DNA of 64,000 nt from the NCBI RefSeq assembly GCF_964355755.1, contig NC_092672.1, positions 32,804,437 through 32,868,436 on the forward strand. The letters run 5' to 3'. This DNA comes from Antedon mediterranea (Eukaryota > Animalia > Echinodermata). Under the pieces are notes generated by a model. The model saw nothing but the letters and a program-made list of their open reading frames with translations, was not told the origin of the DNA and made no database searches. Position numbers and translations under genes: made by a program. Numbering within the stretch: position 1 is the stretch's first letter; every line of letters begins with the position of its first letter. Positions 61,601 to 64,000 of this stretch are shown here, in pieces.

Positions 61601-62764
61601 GTAGATGAATGTATGAAGCTAAGATGTTGATATCTGTTACTTCTCTATTAAAAACAAAAACATGTTACTTTTAGTAAATTTATGAAGGAAATAAATGATA
61701 TTTTGATTGACATTAAAACACACATCCAGCAATGTTACCATGGGTGAGAAATAAACTCTTGTAAAATTCTTGTTTGAGGACTCCTTTGCTCATCAGACAT
61801 CAGCATAGCTAGATTTCCATGTTTTGCGGTCCTCCATGACACAAGCAAGTTGTATTTCCTAAGCTGGTATCCTCAAGAAGGACCTTGACGTATGTTTTGT
61901 TTCGTGCACCTGATGATCCATGTTTGGGTTCCCAGAGCAGAAATCTGCTTGCTGCTTTTTCTGTGTGACAATAAAAATGGCCGGCAGCACCCAATCTACA
62001 GTGTCTTATTTTAAGGCGGACATTATTAAAAATGCTTCAATTTTATTTAACCACGGACCCAGATCAACGCATGGTTGTTCTTCCCTGGGGCCTTTCAAAA
62101 TATTTCACTTTAAATTACTTTATTATTTTGTTGTAACCTTTTCAAAGAGTTTTATTCTAGGTTGGTCCTGATTTTATGCTCTGTATTATTTGTATGGCAT
62201 TTGATGATATAAATGTTTAAATTTAATTGAATTAAACGACTGATTCCCATGGATGCATGCAAAGATGTACATACAACAAGCAAGGAATGATTCTTTGCCT
62301 GTAATTGGTCAAATAACTTATGTTGTGTGTGCAGCATTCCTGGCATTGGATCTTACTGGGAACCACCAACTTAAAAATAAGTTGAGGTAAATTTCATAAT
62401 TTTGGACTTATTTAAATTAATCTGGATTTCCTTATTCTGTCATTTCATTTCATTATTTATTTGGTCTATTTCAGTATATACATAACAACAACAAAACTGA
62501 AATTGGGGAGACCAGGGTCAACCTAGGCCTAAGTGAACTTAATCACTGTAGCTGAGCCGGTTGACCAAACTCCAAAGTCAGTTAAACACATAAAAGACAT
62601 AAAGACAAAATACAGTTAAAGCGAATCAAAATGAATGTGAATATTTCTTACTTGTCCTTTGCATCTAGCCTAACAAATGCATGTGCTAGACCATTTCCTG
62701 TTTTGCAAAGAAGAGAGAGGCCTTCTGCTACCATTTCTTCTGTTAAGCTGTTCTCTGGAATTTT
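58677..62764 (-). CDS. LRRC23: Leucine-rich repeat-containing protein 23 (axonemal), 5'-incomplete
   Basis: Exons 62652-62764 (GLSLLCKTGNGLAHAFVRLD), 61391-61644 (YIHLRYIDISGN...HPLLEVLN), 60734-60864 (LHTLELRGNKL), 60094-60307 (LTTLHLRDNQI), 59540-59694 (NPC...YRMEVL...RLDKD), 58677-58715 (GTEEVIHDDEDF*). All are GT-AG and phase-consistent. The start exon was not found in the window. Confidence 0.93.
59088..59205 (+). repeat. ~34-bp tandem repeat, ~4 copies
   Basis: ccatgactctcttaggcccaagcacccctactag. Confidence 0.85.
60335..60488. mobile_element. MITE family A copy
   Basis: aactagtttgac...gtagtgatatgacatcatc...gtgtagacagagctt. Confidence 0.7.
60942..61276. repeat. Two tandem copies of a ~150-bp dispersed repeat
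   Basis: tggtgaggttcg.catctgag...gtcagtttatccaggtaagctaggc at ~60942 and ~61130. Related inverted fragments lie at ~47015-47065 and ~50111-50250. Confidence 0.8.
61809..62000 (-). mobile_element. RTE-clade LINE 3' fragment
   Basis: AGHFYCH...LLWEPKHGSSGARNKTY...LLEDT resembles the RTE ORF2 C-terminal GH...W.P.G.R..GRP..T motif. Confidence 0.65.
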
Positions 62765-62861
62765 CTGAAAAAATATAAATGAACTATAAAATAAAAACAA
62801 TAAATCTACAACTAAAAAAGTATTACACAGTATATTTAAAATGTTTGAGTTTGTCGTACAT

Positions 62862-63072
62862 TTTATTCATATTGCCGGGTTTAGTGAAGGTTTATCACAA
62901 ATAACGTGCTTGACACATACTGTAGTGGGAAGGATTTGGGAGTAAACGTCATGACGTGTATGTATGTGGTTTGTTGTTTGTATGTACACGTTGCATTGTT
63001 GTGCAATGACGTTCCTCGCGAAATCAACTATTTGCGATAAACCTTATTGTTATTGAGTGCCAGCTAGCTTTT
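62862..63072 (+). mobile_element. Short Helentron-type/MITE element
   Basis: Subterminal inverted repeat aaggtttatcacaaata / tatttgcgataaacctt enclosing a (TGTA/TGTT)n tract. Confidence 0.45.
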
Positions 63073-64000
63073 TTTTCCTGTCCACATGGTCGACTACTGT
63101 GTTGAGTCTAGTCTATTTGAATTTCCCTTGGTACCGAAAGACAACAGAATTAAGATTAGATGTATGGATGATTGAGAATGTTATTATAGATTTAATACAT
63201 GTGACATGCCTAATGAAAGAGCGATGGTCAGCATTTTCAATAGGAAGCAGTATATTTCATGCACACTTTTTATAATCATATAAATAATAATAATGTATGG
63301 CTATAGTAGGGCCTAGCTAGGCCTATATAAAAAACATCATGACCCCCCACTGTCAACATCCAGTATTAGGGACTTTATGAAACAGGACAGTTAGGGGAGG
63401 ACGACGAATATCCTGTCTGTGTTCGCTAGAGTGTAAAATCATATTAACAGACATCATAGATGTTTCATTAATTAGAAACGCCGCGCAAAATGTATTGCTT
63501 TTAATCCAATAAAAATGTTATTTCGAATATTATTTAGAGTTTTGAAAATTCCACTTTGAAGTGTAATTTGAACTTTATATTTAAGGTTAGGCCTAGCTAG
63601 GGCCTAGGTAGGCTATAGGCCTATATGTACATTATTTCTAAATTCTAGTCATCTGATGATAGATGTGTGACTGTCACGACAAATATGGTCCGGGGCCAAA
63701 ATCGGTCCGGCCGGACCAGTTTTGGCTCTAAAGTTGTGGCCAAAAGCAGTCCGCCACTGCCAAAATCGGTCCGGGTTTTTCTTCTATCGATTTTAATTGA
63801 ATTACTAGGCCTATGATGCTGTTTTAAGTTGTTTATGGCTAGAAAAATATCCCATGATATATATAAGTAAGTTATCTTGTCGGATAAATACTATAAATAA
63901 ATGTATTTTATCTAAAAACATGACTTAGGTGTTCACTCATATTTCAGCCTGCCACACACTCACATGAACGGGTATGAGACGCTGATATTGCCAGCCAGAT

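Noticed and set aside
63670-63780. Repeated aaaatcggtccgg motifs
   Set aside because: Probably one end of a DNA transposon, but the partner end is not visible in the window.

Overview
This is AT-rich, intron-containing metazoan nuclear DNA, not a prokaryotic window. A marine invertebrate is likely, plausibly an echinoderm-like deuterostome, but that is inference. Spliced genes were rebuilt by eye from GT-AG boundaries and recognisable peptides: CSTF1 (11 coding exons, minus strand), two convergent near-identical Patched-related (PTCHD3-like) paralogues with a third 3'-only pseudogene fragment between them, AGTRAP (plus strand, with an apparent U12-type minor intron) and the 3' part of LRRC23 (minus strand). 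There is also an orphan K/D-repeat ORF. The rest is rich in transposable elements: a near-full-length decayed RTEX-type LINE, two Academ-type and one AcademH-type non-autonomous elements with clean TSDs, a 1.9-kb LTR mini-element with identical LTRs and a doubled PBS, a Penelope-type fold-back, Helentron-type elements, MITEs, SINEs and tandem arrays. No CRISPR, rRNA or intact tRNA was seen. I cannot claim a wholly new biological system. The best leads are the apparent gene conversion between the inverted PTCHD3-like pair, the AGTRAP minor intron and the LINE at its 5' end, the mini-LTR element, and the orphan ORF. All coordinates were read manually and all family assignments come from motif recognition, not database searches.
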